Of a DNA stretch of 47,543 nucleotides, positions 1 to 9,146 are shown in pieces. Under the pieces are notes generated by a model that had not been told where the DNA came from, ran no database searches, and saw only the letters and a program-made list of their open reading frames with translations. Position 1 is the first letter of the stretch; every line of letters begins with the position of its first letter. The position numbers and the translations under genes are program-made. This stretch comes from Candidatus Methylomirabilia bacterium (lineage in GTDB: Bacteria > Methylomirabilota > Methylomirabilia > Rokubacteriales > CSP1-6): positions 1 through 47,543 of the forward strand of contig JBGPXN010000012.1 of NCBI GenBank assembly GCA_041492755.1, written 5' to 3'.

Positions 1-552
1 ACGATCATCGATCGTCTCGCCATGGTGGGCGCGGTGGCGGGCCAGGCCGTGCCGATCTTCTGGCTGGCGCTGCTGCTCATCGCGCTCTTCGGCGTGCAGC
101 TCCGGTGGCTGCCCGTCTTCGGTCACGGCACGCTCCTGCACTTGATCTTGCCCGCGGTGAGCCTTTCCACCATCGTGCTCGGGCGGCTCGCACGGCTCGT
201 GCGCTCCAGCATGCTCGAGGTGCTCGGGCAGGACTACGTGCGCACCGCGCGGGCCAAGGGGCTCGGCGAGCCGCGCGTGCTCGCCGTGCACGCGCTCCGC
301 AACGCCGCCATCCCGATCGTGACGCTGCTCGGGCTGCAGTTCGCGCAGCTCCTCGGCGGCGCCGTGGTGACGGAGACCATCTTCGCGTGGCCCGGGGTGG
401 GACGCCTGGTGGTCGAGGCGATCTTCAACCGCGACTTTCCGGTGGTGCAGGGCGTGGTGCTCGTCGTCTCGCTCGTCTTCGTCGTCGTGAGCCTGTTGAT
501 CGACATCGCCTACGCGCTGCTGGACCCGCGCGTGCGCACGGAGCTGGCGTGA
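1..552 (+). CDS. Peptide/nickel ABC transporter permease (DppB/OppB family), 5'-partial
   Basis: Frame open from base 1; EAA-like loop DYVRTARAKGL, ETIFAWPGVG, C-terminal YALLDPRVR. Confidence 0.92.
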   Translation, partial: TIIDRLAMVGAVAGQAVPIFWLALLLIALFGVQLRWLPVFGHGTLLHLILPAVSLSTIVLGRLARLVRSSMLEVLGQDYVRTARAKGLGEPRVLAVHALRNAAIPIVTLLGLQFAQLLGGAVVTETIFAWPGVGRLVVEAIFNRDFPVVQGVVLVVSLVFVVVSLLIDIAYALLDPRVRTELA

Positions 553-1421
553 ACGCGATCCTCGGTCGTGTGGCGCCCATGTTCAGGGGTGGCGGCGCTG
601 TCTCCGGGCTGGCGGTGCTCGTCCTCGCGGCCATCGTGGTCGCCGCGGTCTCGGCGGAGTGGATCGCGCCGTACGGCGCCAACGAGCAGGACATCACCCA
701 GCGCCTTCGGCCCCCTGACCTGCGCGGGCACCTGCTCGGCACCGACGAGGTCGGTCGCGACATCCTGAGCCGTCTCTTCCACGGCGCGCGCGTGTCGCTC
801 CTGATCGGCGTCATCGCCGTCGCCGTGTCCTGCCCGATCGGCGTGCTCGTGGGGCTGGTGGCCGGTTACGTCGGCCGGCGCACCGACGACGTGCTCATGC
901 GCGTGACCGATATCCAGCTCGCCATCCCGACGATCCTGCTCGCCATCGCCGTGGTGGGGGTGCTGGGCCCCGGCGTCCGCAACGTCGTCATCACGCTCAG
1001 CGTGACGGGGTGGACCCTCTACGCCCGGCTGGTGCGCGGGGAGGCGCTCGGCGTGAAGGGTCGTGACTTCGTCGTGGCCGCGCGCGCCGCGGGCGCGAGC
1101 GACGCGCGGATCATGTTCCGCCACGTGCTGCCGAACGTGCTGACCCCGGTGATCGTGGTCGCCGTGTTCGCGGTGGCGAACATGATCATCCTCGAGGCGA
1201 CGCTCTCGTTCCTCGGCCTCGGCGTCGAGCCGAGCGTGGTGACGTGGGGGCGCATGCTGAATGCGGGGCGCCTGTACCTGAGCACGGCCTGGTGGCTCAC
1301 CGCGTTTCCCGGCCTCGCGATCTTCCTCACCGTGCTCGCGGTGAACCTGTTGGGCGACCACCTGCGCGACTGGCTCGACCCGCGCCTGCGCAACACCCTC
1401 GGTGACCGTGAGCTGCGATAG
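549..1421 (+). CDS. Peptide/nickel ABC transporter permease (DppC/OppC family)
   Basis: GTG 549 overlaps upstream TGA (GTGA); HLLGTDEVGRDILSR, FVVAARAAGAS, LSFLGLG, GDHLRDWLDPR. Confidence 0.92.
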   Translation: MNAILGRVAPMFRGGGAVSGLAVLVLAAIVVAAVSAEWIAPYGANEQDITQRLRPPDLRGHLLGTDEVGRDILSRLFHGARVSLLIGVIAVAVSCPIGVLVGLVAGYVGRRTDDVLMRVTDIQLAIPTILLAIAVVGVLGPGVRNVVITLSVTGWTLYARLVRGEALGVKGRDFVVAARAAGASDARIMFRHVLPNVLTPVIVVAVFAVANMIILEATLSFLGLGVEPSVVTWGRMLNAGRLYLSTAWWLTAFPGLAIFLTVLAVNLLGDHLRDWLDPRLRNTLGDRELR

Positions 1422-1425
1422 GCAC

Positions 1426-1944
1426 ATGGAGATTGTCACCCTCGCGGCGCGTGGGCAGATGATATACGCCGCACTTGGCTCCGGCGAGATCGAAGCGGGT
1501 GCATTCTCAGCGGACTATCGTTTCCTGGGCCCGCGCGAGTTCGGTCTGAACATCATCGACACGCCGAGCCCGGGGTATGTGCCAGTCGTAGCCGGATGCA
1601 CCCGCCGCCTGGTCACAGAAGACCGCCGCCTCGTCGCGCGGGTCGTGCAGGGTTACGTCGAGGCAATTCACTTCTTCAAGACCAGGCGGTCAGAGGTCGT
1701 TCCTGTGCTTCAACAGTTCCTGGGGTTCAAGGACCGCGGTGCGGTCGAGGCCGCGTATGATTTCTATGCGCCCCTCTTCCAGCCATCACCGCGGCCGTCG
1801 GAGATCGGCCTCGAGAAGCTTCTTCGAGATTCGGAACGCCGACAGCCGGGTACCAAATCCCTTTCGCCGGCCGACGTCATCGAACCGTCGTTCCTCGATG
1901 AACTCGAGCGCTCTGGACTCATACAGAGCCTCTATGGCGGATGA
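1426..1944 (+). pseudogene. C-terminal fragment of a NitT/TauT (NMT1/THI5-like) ABC substrate-binding protein
   Basis: AALGSGEIEAG, YVEAIHFFK, DVIEPSFLDELERSGLIQSLY resemble the second half of these SBPs; no signal peptide or N-lobe; visibly more AT-rich codons than neighbours. Confidence 0.6.
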
Positions 1945-1971
1945 CCGATTCCGGAAGCCGGCCGCGTCTCG

Positions 1972-3777
1972 TCAAGCGCGAGCGCGTGCCGCTCGCCAGC
2001 GCGCTTCCGCCTCCTCGAACCCCGGCCCGCGGTCGATGAGGCCGGGCTCCGAGGCACGGCGCGCGCGCTCGATCTCCGTGGCCGTCTTGTCCGGCTCCCC
2101 CGTCGCTGCATCCAGCACCACGCCGTAGTCCTCGAGCGCGCCGCGCGCCGTGATGAAGCCGCGGGCCACGTCCTGCCACACGCGGAGCGGGTCGCGCGTG
2201 AGCGGATCGCCCCAGCCGCCGCCGCCGCACGTCTCGAAGCGGAGCAGGTCGCCGCGCTTCAGGACGATGCCCTCCCCGAGCGCGGGCAGGCGCTTGGCGT
2301 CCGCCGTGCCCGAATTCAGCGTGATGTGCCCGGTGCGCCCGGCCCGGCCGCCCGCCACGCCGTACGGCGCGACCAGCGTGTTCTCCATGCGCGTGGCCAG
2401 CGTCGCGCGCTCGCACAGCACGCGCACGTCGCGCACGACGCCGGTGCCGCCCCGGTGGAACCCGGGTCCGCCGGAGTCCGGGCGCACGGCGTAGCGCTCG
2501 ATGCGGAGCGGGAAGTCGCGCTCCACGTACTCGACGGGGTAGTTCTCCTGGGCGATGTAGTAGATGACGTCGACGCCGTCCGCGAACGGGCGCGCGCCGA
2601 GGCCGACGCCCAGACCTTCGATGCAGAGGATCGGCTTGTCGGCCTTGTCGTCCCACGCGCGGAAGTAGTAGAGGACGTAGACCGGCGATCCCGCCGGGAC
2701 CTTCCCGCCGTTGGACTGTGCAAGCGCGCCGAAGATGCAGGACATCACGCGGAAGCGCGTGTTGGCGCGCATGCCGAGCGGGGCGGGGAAGCGCGGCTTC
2801 AGGAGGCTGCCCTCGCGCGCGATCCACTCGTCGAGGTTTTGCAGCAGGCCGTCGTTCACGTCGAGATCGGCGTCAAGCGACTGGAGGTACCGTCCGAACG
2901 CGATCTGCAAGAGCCCGCGATTCGTCACGTAGTTGATCGGCCCGCGCGCCTGGTCGTCGGAGCGCGAGCCGTCGAGGCGCACGTGATCGCCGCGGCGGCT
3001 CAGCGTCAGCTCCACCTTGTAGGGACGCTCCTCCGTGCCGCCGTCGCTGTCCAGGAAGTCGTGGAAGCTCCACTCGCCCTCGGGCACGAGGTCGAGGAAG
3101 AGCGAACGGGCCCGCGCGGCTGTCTGGGCGATGCAGGCCTCGAATGCGGCCAGGACGATCCCGCCGCCGTACCGGGCGAACAGCTCGGTCAGACGGGACT
3201 CGGCCAGGTGGCAGGAGGCCATCATCGCCCGCGTGTCGCCCTCCACGATGTCGGGCAGGCGCGAGTTGCGCAGGAAGATGCGGTACGCCTCCTCGTTCAT
3301 CTGCCCCTCGCGCACGATGCGGACGGGCGGGACGAGCACGCCCTCGTGGTAGATCTCCGTCGCGTGCGGCGAGATGCTGCCCGCGTGCAGGCCGCCAATG
3401 TCCTGGTAGTGCCCGAACGTGGCGGTGAACGCGACCGGGTGCCCGTCGTGGAACACGGGGACGACGAACACCATGTCCTGGTGGTGCTGGACGGCGCCCT
3501 CTGTGATGTACGGATCATTGAACCAGTAGACGTCGCCGGGGCGCATCGTCTCGAGCGGGTAGGCGCGAAGGATCGCCGTGAGCATGCCCGGGCCGCTCGC
3601 TGAGATGTGGGCCGCGACAATACGGCCGTCCACGTCGTAGATGCCGACGAAGTAGTCCTTCTTTTCCTTGATGAAGGGTGACATCGCGCAGCGCTCCATC
3701 AGGAGCTCCATCTCCTTGACGGTCGAATTCAACGCGCCGCGGATGACCTCGATCGTGACAGGATCGACGGCGCTCAT
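1972..3777 (-). CDS. Hydantoinase B / oxoprolinase family protein
   Basis: DPVTIEVIR, SPFIKEKKD, NDPY, HHQD, EIYHEG, DSGGPG, GGGGWGDP. Confidence 0.93.
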   Translation of the reverse strand: MSAVDPVTIEVIRGALNSTVKEMELLMERCAMSPFIKEKKDYFVGIYDVDGRIVAAHISASGPGMLTAILRAYPLETMRPGDVYWFNDPYITEGAVQHHQDMVFVVPVFHDGHPVAFTATFGHYQDIGGLHAGSISPHATEIYHEGVLVPPVRIVREGQMNEEAYRIFLRNSRLPDIVEGDTRAMMASCHLAESRLTELFARYGGGIVLAAFEACIAQTAARARSLFLDLVPEGEWSFHDFLDSDGGTEERPYKVELTLSRRGDHVRLDGSRSDDQARGPINYVTNRGLLQIAFGRYLQSLDADLDVNDGLLQNLDEWIAREGSLLKPRFPAPLGMRANTRFRVMSCIFGALAQSNGGKVPAGSPVYVLYYFRAWDDKADKPILCIEGLGVGLGARPFADGVDVIYYIAQENYPVEYVERDFPLRIERYAVRPDSGGPGFHRGGTGVVRDVRVLCERATLATRMENTLVAPYGVAGGRAGRTGHITLNSGTADAKRLPALGEGIVLKRGDLLRFETCGGGGWGDPLTRDPLRVWQDVARGFITARGALEDYGVVLDAATGEPDKTATEIERARRASEPGLIDRGPGFEEAEARWRAARARA

Positions 3778-3800
3778 GCACGCTCCAAAATGGTGCTCAT
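3774..3800 (-). other. 8-codon mini-ORF MSTILERA formed by a 23-bp imperfect tandem duplication of the hydantoinase A 3' end
   Basis: Minus strand ACATCATTTTGGAACGGGCATGA-GCACCATTTTGGAGCGTGCATGA-GCGCC; ATGA overlaps at both ends. Confidence 0.7.
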
Positions 3801-5863
3801 GCCCGTTCCAAAATGATGTCGGCGGCGGTGTCGATACGGGCGCCGAAGCCGGGCGTGACGAGAATGGTGGCGTCCTCCTGATCGACGACCGCGGGGCCGT
3901 CGAAGCGCATGCCGGGGGCGAGCCGGTCGCGCGCGTAGCACGGCGTGTCGATCATGCCGGCGCCGCGGAAGTACACGCGACGGCGCCCGACCACGGCGCC
4001 CGCGACGTCGCCGCCGCCGGCGGGGGGCGCGGGGGCGGCGCGCTGCGGGAGGCCGCCGATCGCGGTGACGCGCAGGTTCACCAGCTCGATCGGCGCGGCC
4101 GGCAGGTCGTACGAGTAGAGGCGGCGGTGCTCGGCGTGGAACGTCGCGGCGAGCTCGCCGAGCCGCGCCGGCGTGAGCGCGCCTTCGCCGAATGCGCACG
4201 TCAGCTCGAAGCTCTGGTGCTCGTAGCGGAGATCGGCGGCGCGCTCGAAGCGCTGGCGCTCGCGCGGTACCTGCTCGCCCTCGAGCCACGCGCGGGCCTG
4301 GGACGCGAGCTCCGCCCACACCGCCTCGAGCGCCGGCACCGCGGCCGGGCTGGCGACGGCGTCGCGCTCCGAGGGCCCCACCGTGCGCACGAACGTCGCG
4401 CGGACGTCGGTGTCGAGCAGCCCCCACGTCGACAGCACGCCGGGACGCGGCGGAATGACGACGGTCGGAATGTCGAGCAATTCCGCGAGACGGCACGCGT
4501 GCAGCGGCCCCGCGCCGCCGAACGCGACCAGCGCGAACCGGCGTGGGTCGTGGCCGCGTCCCACCGACACGAGGCGAATAGCCCGCGCCATCGAGTTGTC
4601 GATGATCTCTATGATTCCGGCGGCGGCCTCTTCAACGCGGAGGCCGAGCGGCAGCGCGATCCGCTCCTCGATCGCCGCGCGCGCCGCCTTCACGTCGAGC
4701 GGCAGCTCGCCGCCGAGCAGGGCGGGCTGGATGCGCGCGAGCACGAGGTGCGCGTCGGTGACGGTGGGCTCGGTGCCGCCGCGCCCGTAGCAGACGGGGC
4801 CCGGCTCGGCGCCCGCGCTCCGCGGGCCCACCGTCAGCCGGCCCGTGCCGCTGGCCACCGCGATGCTGCCGCCGCCGGCGCCGATCGTGTGGATGTCGAT
4901 CATGGGGAGCTTTAGCGGGAACGGACCGATGGCGCCGTCCTTGGTGATTTCGGGCCGGCCGCCGCGCACCAGGCAGATGTCGGCGCTCGTGCCGCCCACG
5001 TCGATCGAGATGATGTCGTCGATCCCGGCCGCGCGGGCCACGCTGAGCGCGCCCACCACGCCGGCCGCGGGCCCCGAGAGCACCGTTTGCACCGGCTGGC
5101 GCACGCAGGTGGCCGCGCTGGTGACACCGCCGTCCGACTTCATGATGAGGAGCGGCCCGCGCACGCCTTCGGCGTCGAGGGCCTCGCGCAGCACGCCCAT
5201 GTAGCGGCTCACCGGCGGCATGACGGCGGCATTGAGCGCGGTGGCCATGGTGCGCTCGAACTCCCGGAACTGCGGCAGCACCTCCGACGACAGCGAGACG
5301 AGGACCCCGGGGTATTCCTCGCGGAGGATCGCCTGCATCCGCTGCTCGTGGGCCGGGTTGGCGTAGGCGTGGAGGAACACGACCGCCACCGCCGGCAGGC
5401 CGAGCTGCGCGAGCTGGCGCGCCACCGCCCGCGCCTCGTGCTCGTCGAGCGCGGTGAGCACGCGCCCTTCCTGGTCGAGCCGCTCGGTCACTTCGAACAC
5501 GCGGTCGGGCGAGATCGGCCGCGCCGGCTTGCTCCAGCCGTAGAGGTTGCCGTGGCGCGGGATGTCGTGACGCCCGATCTCGAGCACGTACTTGAACCCG
5601 GCCGTGGTGACGAGCGCGGTCGGCGGCGTCTTGCCCTCGAGGATGGCGTTGGTCGCGGTCGTCGTCCCGTGCAGCACGCGGATGACGTCCGCCGGCCCGC
5701 GCCGCGCCAGCGTCAGCACCTTGCGGATCGCGGCCACGAAGCCGGCGGAGAGATCACCCGGCGTCGACGGCGTCTTCGCGACCCAGCTCGCCCCGGTGGC
5801 GACGTCGGCGAAGGTGGCGTCCGTGAAGGTGCCGCCGACGTCGATCGCGAGCGTTCCCGGCAT
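3797..5863 (-). CDS. Hydantoinase A / oxoprolinase family protein (ATP-binding subunit)
   Basis: Starts MPGTLAIDVGGTFTD; HGTTTATNA, SGPAAG, DVGGTSAD, GAGGGSI, FGGAGPLH. Confidence 0.93.
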   Translation of the reverse strand: MPGTLAIDVGGTFTDATFADVATGASWVAKTPSTPGDLSAGFVAAIRKVLTLARRGPADVIRVLHGTTTATNAILEGKTPPTALVTTAGFKYVLEIGRHDIPRHGNLYGWSKPARPISPDRVFEVTERLDQEGRVLTALDEHEARAVARQLAQLGLPAVAVVFLHAYANPAHEQRMQAILREEYPGVLVSLSSEVLPQFREFERTMATALNAAVMPPVSRYMGVLREALDAEGVRGPLLIMKSDGGVTSAATCVRQPVQTVLSGPAAGVVGALSVARAAGIDDIISIDVGGTSADICLVRGGRPEITKDGAIGPFPLKLPMIDIHTIGAGGGSIAVASGTGRLTVGPRSAGAEPGPVCYGRGGTEPTVTDAHLVLARIQPALLGGELPLDVKAARAAIEERIALPLGLRVEEAAAGIIEIIDNSMARAIRLVSVGRGHDPRRFALVAFGGAGPLHACRLAELLDIPTVVIPPRPGVLSTWGLLDTDVRATFVRTVGPSERDAVASPAAVPALEAVWAELASQARAWLEGEQVPRERQRFERAADLRYEHQSFELTCAFGEGALTPARLGELAATFHAEHRRLYSYDLPAAPIELVNLRVTAIGGLPQRAAPAPPAGGGDVAGAVVGRRRVYFRGAGMIDTPCYARDRLAPGMRFDGPAVVDQEDATILVTPGFGARIDTAADIILERA

Positions 5864-5871
5864 GGAGGGCG

Positions 5872-6630
5872 TCAGGCGATCTTGATGATCCCGGGCTCGA
5901 CGACCTTGAAGCGCTCGGCGACCAGCGGATCGTGGCCGGCGACGATGAGCTTCTCCTTGCCGGCGAGCTCGTGGATGGTGTCGAAGGCCGCCAGCATCTC
6001 GGGCAGGCTCGTGATGATCTGCGTCGGCTGCCCCGTCTCGACGTTGCGGTAGAAGTGCGAGGCGTCCGACGTCAGCACGACCGTCCCGTTCGCCGTCCGC
6101 ACGCTGACGATCTGCAGTCCCGCGGTGTGGCCGCCGACCCGGTGCACGCGGATGCCGGGCAACACCTCGCGCTCGCCGTCGATGATCTTGAGCTTCGTCC
6201 CGTAGTTCAGGACCACCAGCTTCGCGAGCTGCGCCACGTTGGCCGAGCCCCGGAACGCGGGCTTGCTCGCGTACGGTCCCGTCCAGAACGCCACCTCGTC
6301 CTTCTGGACCCAGTACTCCGCGGCGGGGAAGAGGCTGTGGCCCGCCCAGTGGTCGTAGTGCAGGTGGGTGATGAGCGCCATCGGGATCTGATTCGCCTTC
6401 ACGCCGGCGACGCGCTCGACGACGGTGGAGGGGCGCACGTAGTTGCGGATCCCGCGCGCCTCGGCGTCGTCGTCGAGGAACCCGGTGTCGACGAGCACGG
6501 GATGGGGGCCGCCCAGGATCAGCCAGACGAAGTAGTGGAGGGTGAGGGGATCGTGCTTGTCGTCCCGGTAGAAGAACTGGCAGGTCTTGGTGTCCCGCTC
6601 GCCGTACTTGAGCGCGTAGATCTCGTACAT
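5872..6630 (-). CDS. N-acyl homoserine lactonase-like metallo-beta-lactamase fold hydrolase
   Basis: THLHYDH, GGHTAG, SDASH, AGHD metal motifs; GGAGG RBS upstream. Confidence 0.85.
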   Translation of the reverse strand: MYEIYALKYGERDTKTCQFFYRDDKHDPLTLHYFVWLILGGPHPVLVDTGFLDDDAEARGIRNYVRPSTVVERVAGVKANQIPMALITHLHYDHWAGHSLFPAAEYWVQKDEVAFWTGPYASKPAFRGSANVAQLAKLVVLNYGTKLKIIDGEREVLPGIRVHRVGGHTAGLQIVSVRTANGTVVLTSDASHFYRNVETGQPTQIITSLPEMLAAFDTIHELAGKEKLIVAGHDPLVAERFKVVEPGIIKIA

Positions 6631-6656
6631 GGTCGTGGCCTCCGTGGGCGTGCAGT

Positions 6657-6679
6657 CTAGCGCGGATCATTCACGACCG
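6657..6679 (+). repeat. Solo end of the 45-kb hairpin element family
   Basis: CTAGCGCGGATCATTCACGA vs CTGGCTCGGATCATTCACGA at 45260. Confidence 0.5.
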
Positions 6680-6746
6680 ACAGGCAGCGCGGGTTCGGCG
6701 CTCCGCCCGACCCTCAGCCGGTTGCGTCCAGTGCAGCGATCCGCCA

Positions 6747-7126
6747 TGATCTGCCACGTCGTGACCCGGATGCTGGAGGTCGGCGGCATGATCATCTTCG
6801 TCTCCGGGCTCGCGGCCGCCGTCGGCTCGCTGGCGGCGCCGCGCCTGGTCGAGCTGTTTCCCGAGCGCCGGCTGATCGCGGTCCTGGTGGCCGCCTCGTC
6901 CTTGCTCGTGATGGCCCTGGGCGCGGCGGCCTCGGCGTGGAGCTACGGAGCGGTGCGGTTCCTTCAGGTGCTCTGCATTGCTCCGTTCTTGGGACCGGTG
7001 GTCGCGCCGACCGTCCTTGCCTCTGCCGGCGCCCCGTGGGCGCTCTACCTGCTGCTCGGCGCGATCGGTCTCGCCTGCGTCCCGGCGGTCTCCCTGCGGA
7101 TGCCGGTCCCGAGGCGTGCGGCGTGA
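6747..7126 (+). pseudogene. C-terminal remnant of an MFS transporter
   Basis: Only a few hydrophobic helices (LEVGGMIIFVSGLAAAVGS...FLGPVVA); N-terminal half absent; stop overlaps next GTG. Confidence 0.55.
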
Positions 7127-8223
7127 GCCGGCCGCTCGCGGACGTTCGGCTGGAGGGGCTGACCACCGCGTGGGGGGCGCCACCGCACCTGCACGACGTG
7201 AGCCTCCACGTCCGGTATGGCGAGTTCTTCACCGTCCTCGGCCCGCCGCACTCCGGAAAGAGCGCGGTGCTGCGGGCGGTCGCCGGGTTCCTGCCCCTCG
7301 TTGCCGGCCGCGTCGTGATCGACGGCCACGACATCAGCGCGTTGCCAGCCCGCGCGCGCGGGCTGGGGTACGTCTTCCACGAAGGCGCGCTGTGGCCGCA
7401 CATGACCGTCCGCGCGCACGTCGGCTTCGGCCTGCAGCAGAACGGTCTGGCGGCCCCAGCCGCCGTCGAGCGTGTCGGTGTCGTCTTGCGCCGCCTGGGA
7501 CTCGACGCGGTGGCGGACGCCCGCCCCGATGCGCTCACGGTGGATCAGCGGCGGCGCTTGGCCCTTGCCCGCGCGCTCGCCATCGAGCCGCGCGTGTTGC
7601 TACTCGACGAGCCGCTCGCGCACATGGATCCGCTCTCGCGCAAGACGCTGCGCCTCGAGCTCGCGCGCCTGCACGGCGACCTCGCCGTCACCACGATCTG
7701 TGCCACCCGCGACGCCGCCGACGCGCTCGCCCTCTCGAACCGCATCGCCATCGTGGAAGATGGCCGGGTGCTGCAGGTGGGCGAGCCCGAAGAGCTCTAT
7801 CAGCGGCCGGCCAGCCGCGCCGTCGCCCAGGCGCTCGGCCCTGCGAACTATCTGCCGGTGCGGGTGGTGGAGATTCGCGAACTCGGCGTCGTCGTGCAGA
7901 CGCAACGCGGCGATCGCGTGCCGGTCGCCGGCATCGGTCAATTCCGGGAAGGCAGCGGCGGGGTGCTCGTCCTCCGGCCCGAGACGCTGTCGCTGACCGA
8001 AGCCACCCAGGCGCGCGGCCCCGGCATCCCCGGCCAGGTCGTGCTGCGCGTGTTCGAGGGCTCGCGCTACGTCTACGAGATCGACATCGGCACCAGCGCG
8101 GCGGTCCGTGTCGAAGTCCCCGCCGCCGGCGAGCGCGCCATCTTCCGCCTCGGCGACCGTGTCCGCGTGGAAGTCTCGAGCGACACGGTGGTCCTGTTGC
8201 CCACGGAACACCCACCAGCGTAG
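7123..8223 (+). CDS. PotA/MalK-like ABC ATPase with TOBE-like C-terminus and degenerate catalytic motifs
   Basis: Walker A GPPHSGKS, Walker B LLLDE; signature LTVDQ, Q-loop VFHE, H-loop ATRD. Confidence 0.82.
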   Translation: MSRPLADVRLEGLTTAWGAPPHLHDVSLHVRYGEFFTVLGPPHSGKSAVLRAVAGFLPLVAGRVVIDGHDISALPARARGLGYVFHEGALWPHMTVRAHVGFGLQQNGLAAPAAVERVGVVLRRLGLDAVADARPDALTVDQRRRLALARALAIEPRVLLLDEPLAHMDPLSRKTLRLELARLHGDLAVTTICATRDAADALALSNRIAIVEDGRVLQVGEPEELYQRPASRAVAQALGPANYLPVRVVEIRELGVVVQTQRGDRVPVAGIGQFREGSGGVLVLRPETLSLTEATQARGPGIPGQVVLRVFEGSRYVYEIDIGTSAAVRVEVPAAGERAIFRLGDRVRVEVSSDTVVLLPTEHPPA

Positions 8224-8235
8224 GCCGTCGACGTA

Positions 8236-8324
8236 GTTCGAGCGCCGGCTTTGCCGGCGCAATCCTGGCTGTTGGTTCCCCCGGTGGGGGGTGTCGGGGG
8301 GAGCGGCGGTCGCTCCCCCCGACG
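8236..8324 (-). repeat. REP-like composite hairpin element, copy 1 (between convergent genes)
   Basis: 13-bp perfect stem 8293-8305/8311-8323 plus TTGCGCCGGC-AAA-GCCGGCGCTCGAAC on minus strand. Confidence 0.75.
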
Positions 8325-8332
8325 ATGACCGC

Positions 8333-9103
8333 TCACAAGGTGTAGGTCTTGTCCTGCTCCACCACCGACACGCGTCCGCCCGGGATGCGGGCCAGCTCGC
8401 CGGCGGTTTCCTCGTAGAACGAAGGCTTGAGGTGGAAGACCCAGACGGGGATGTCAGGCGGCATCTTCTCGAGCTCGCGCTCGATGAGGGCGGGCGTCAT
8501 GTGGCACGAGAGCTTGGCGATGTGGGCCAGGCGGTCGGGGAACGCGCACTCGATGATCACGGCGCGGAGGCCGGTGACGCCACGCACCGCCTGCCAGAGC
8601 GCGGTGGTGGGACCGGTGTCCCCGGTGTAGACGAAGCCGACGTTGCCGTCGCGCACGATGAAGCCGTAGGCGGGCACGCTGTGGGTCACGGCCACCGGTG
8701 TCACCCAAAGATTGCCGACACGCTGCTCGGTGGCTTCGGCCAGATGGCGATAGCCGAGGACCGGCGAGTCAGCCGGGATCTGCGCGAAATCGGGCCAGAT
8801 CACGTTGTTGAAAATCCCGGTGCGCACCGCGGTCACGACCGGCTCGACGCTGGCCACGGTCAGGGGGTGACGCTCGGTCTCGAACGAGAGGCTTTCGGCG
8901 AGGAAGGCCAGCCCGGCGATGTGGTCGAGATGAGCGTGCGACAGCAGGGCGTGCTCGATCGGGAGTTGCTCGGAGACGCCCAGGGCCGAGGTGACGCTGC
9001 CGGCATCGACGAGCACGCGGTCGTCCACGAGGAATGCGGCAGGCCGCGGCCCGGCTCCATCAGCGCCGTGGCCGCCGTAGGCACCGAGCACGCGGATCTT
9101 CAT
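8333..9103 (-). CDS. 3',5'-cyclic-nucleotide phosphodiesterase (class II, MBL fold)
   Basis: MKIRVLGAYGG, DAGS, SHAHLDH, IFNNVIWPDF, TGDTGPT, HMTP; divergent from a cyclase gene. Confidence 0.85.
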   Translation of the reverse strand: MKIRVLGAYGGHGADGAGPRPAAFLVDDRVLVDAGSVTSALGVSEQLPIEHALLSHAHLDHIAGLAFLAESLSFETERHPLTVASVEPVVTAVRTGIFNNVIWPDFAQIPADSPVLGYRHLAEATEQRVGNLWVTPVAVTHSVPAYGFIVRDGNVGFVYTGDTGPTTALWQAVRGVTGLRAVIIECAFPDRLAHIAKLSCHMTPALIERELEKMPPDIPVWVFHLKPSFYEETAGELARIPGGRVSVVEQDKTYTL

Positions 9104-9146
9104 TTGCGGCGCATCTTAGCATACATTCGCAGGGGGGTAGTTTTGC

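Noticed and set aside
5864..6670. N-terminal extension making hydantoinase A 957 aa
   Set aside because: Overlaps the lactonase-like gene in another frame; family similarity starts at ATG 5863.
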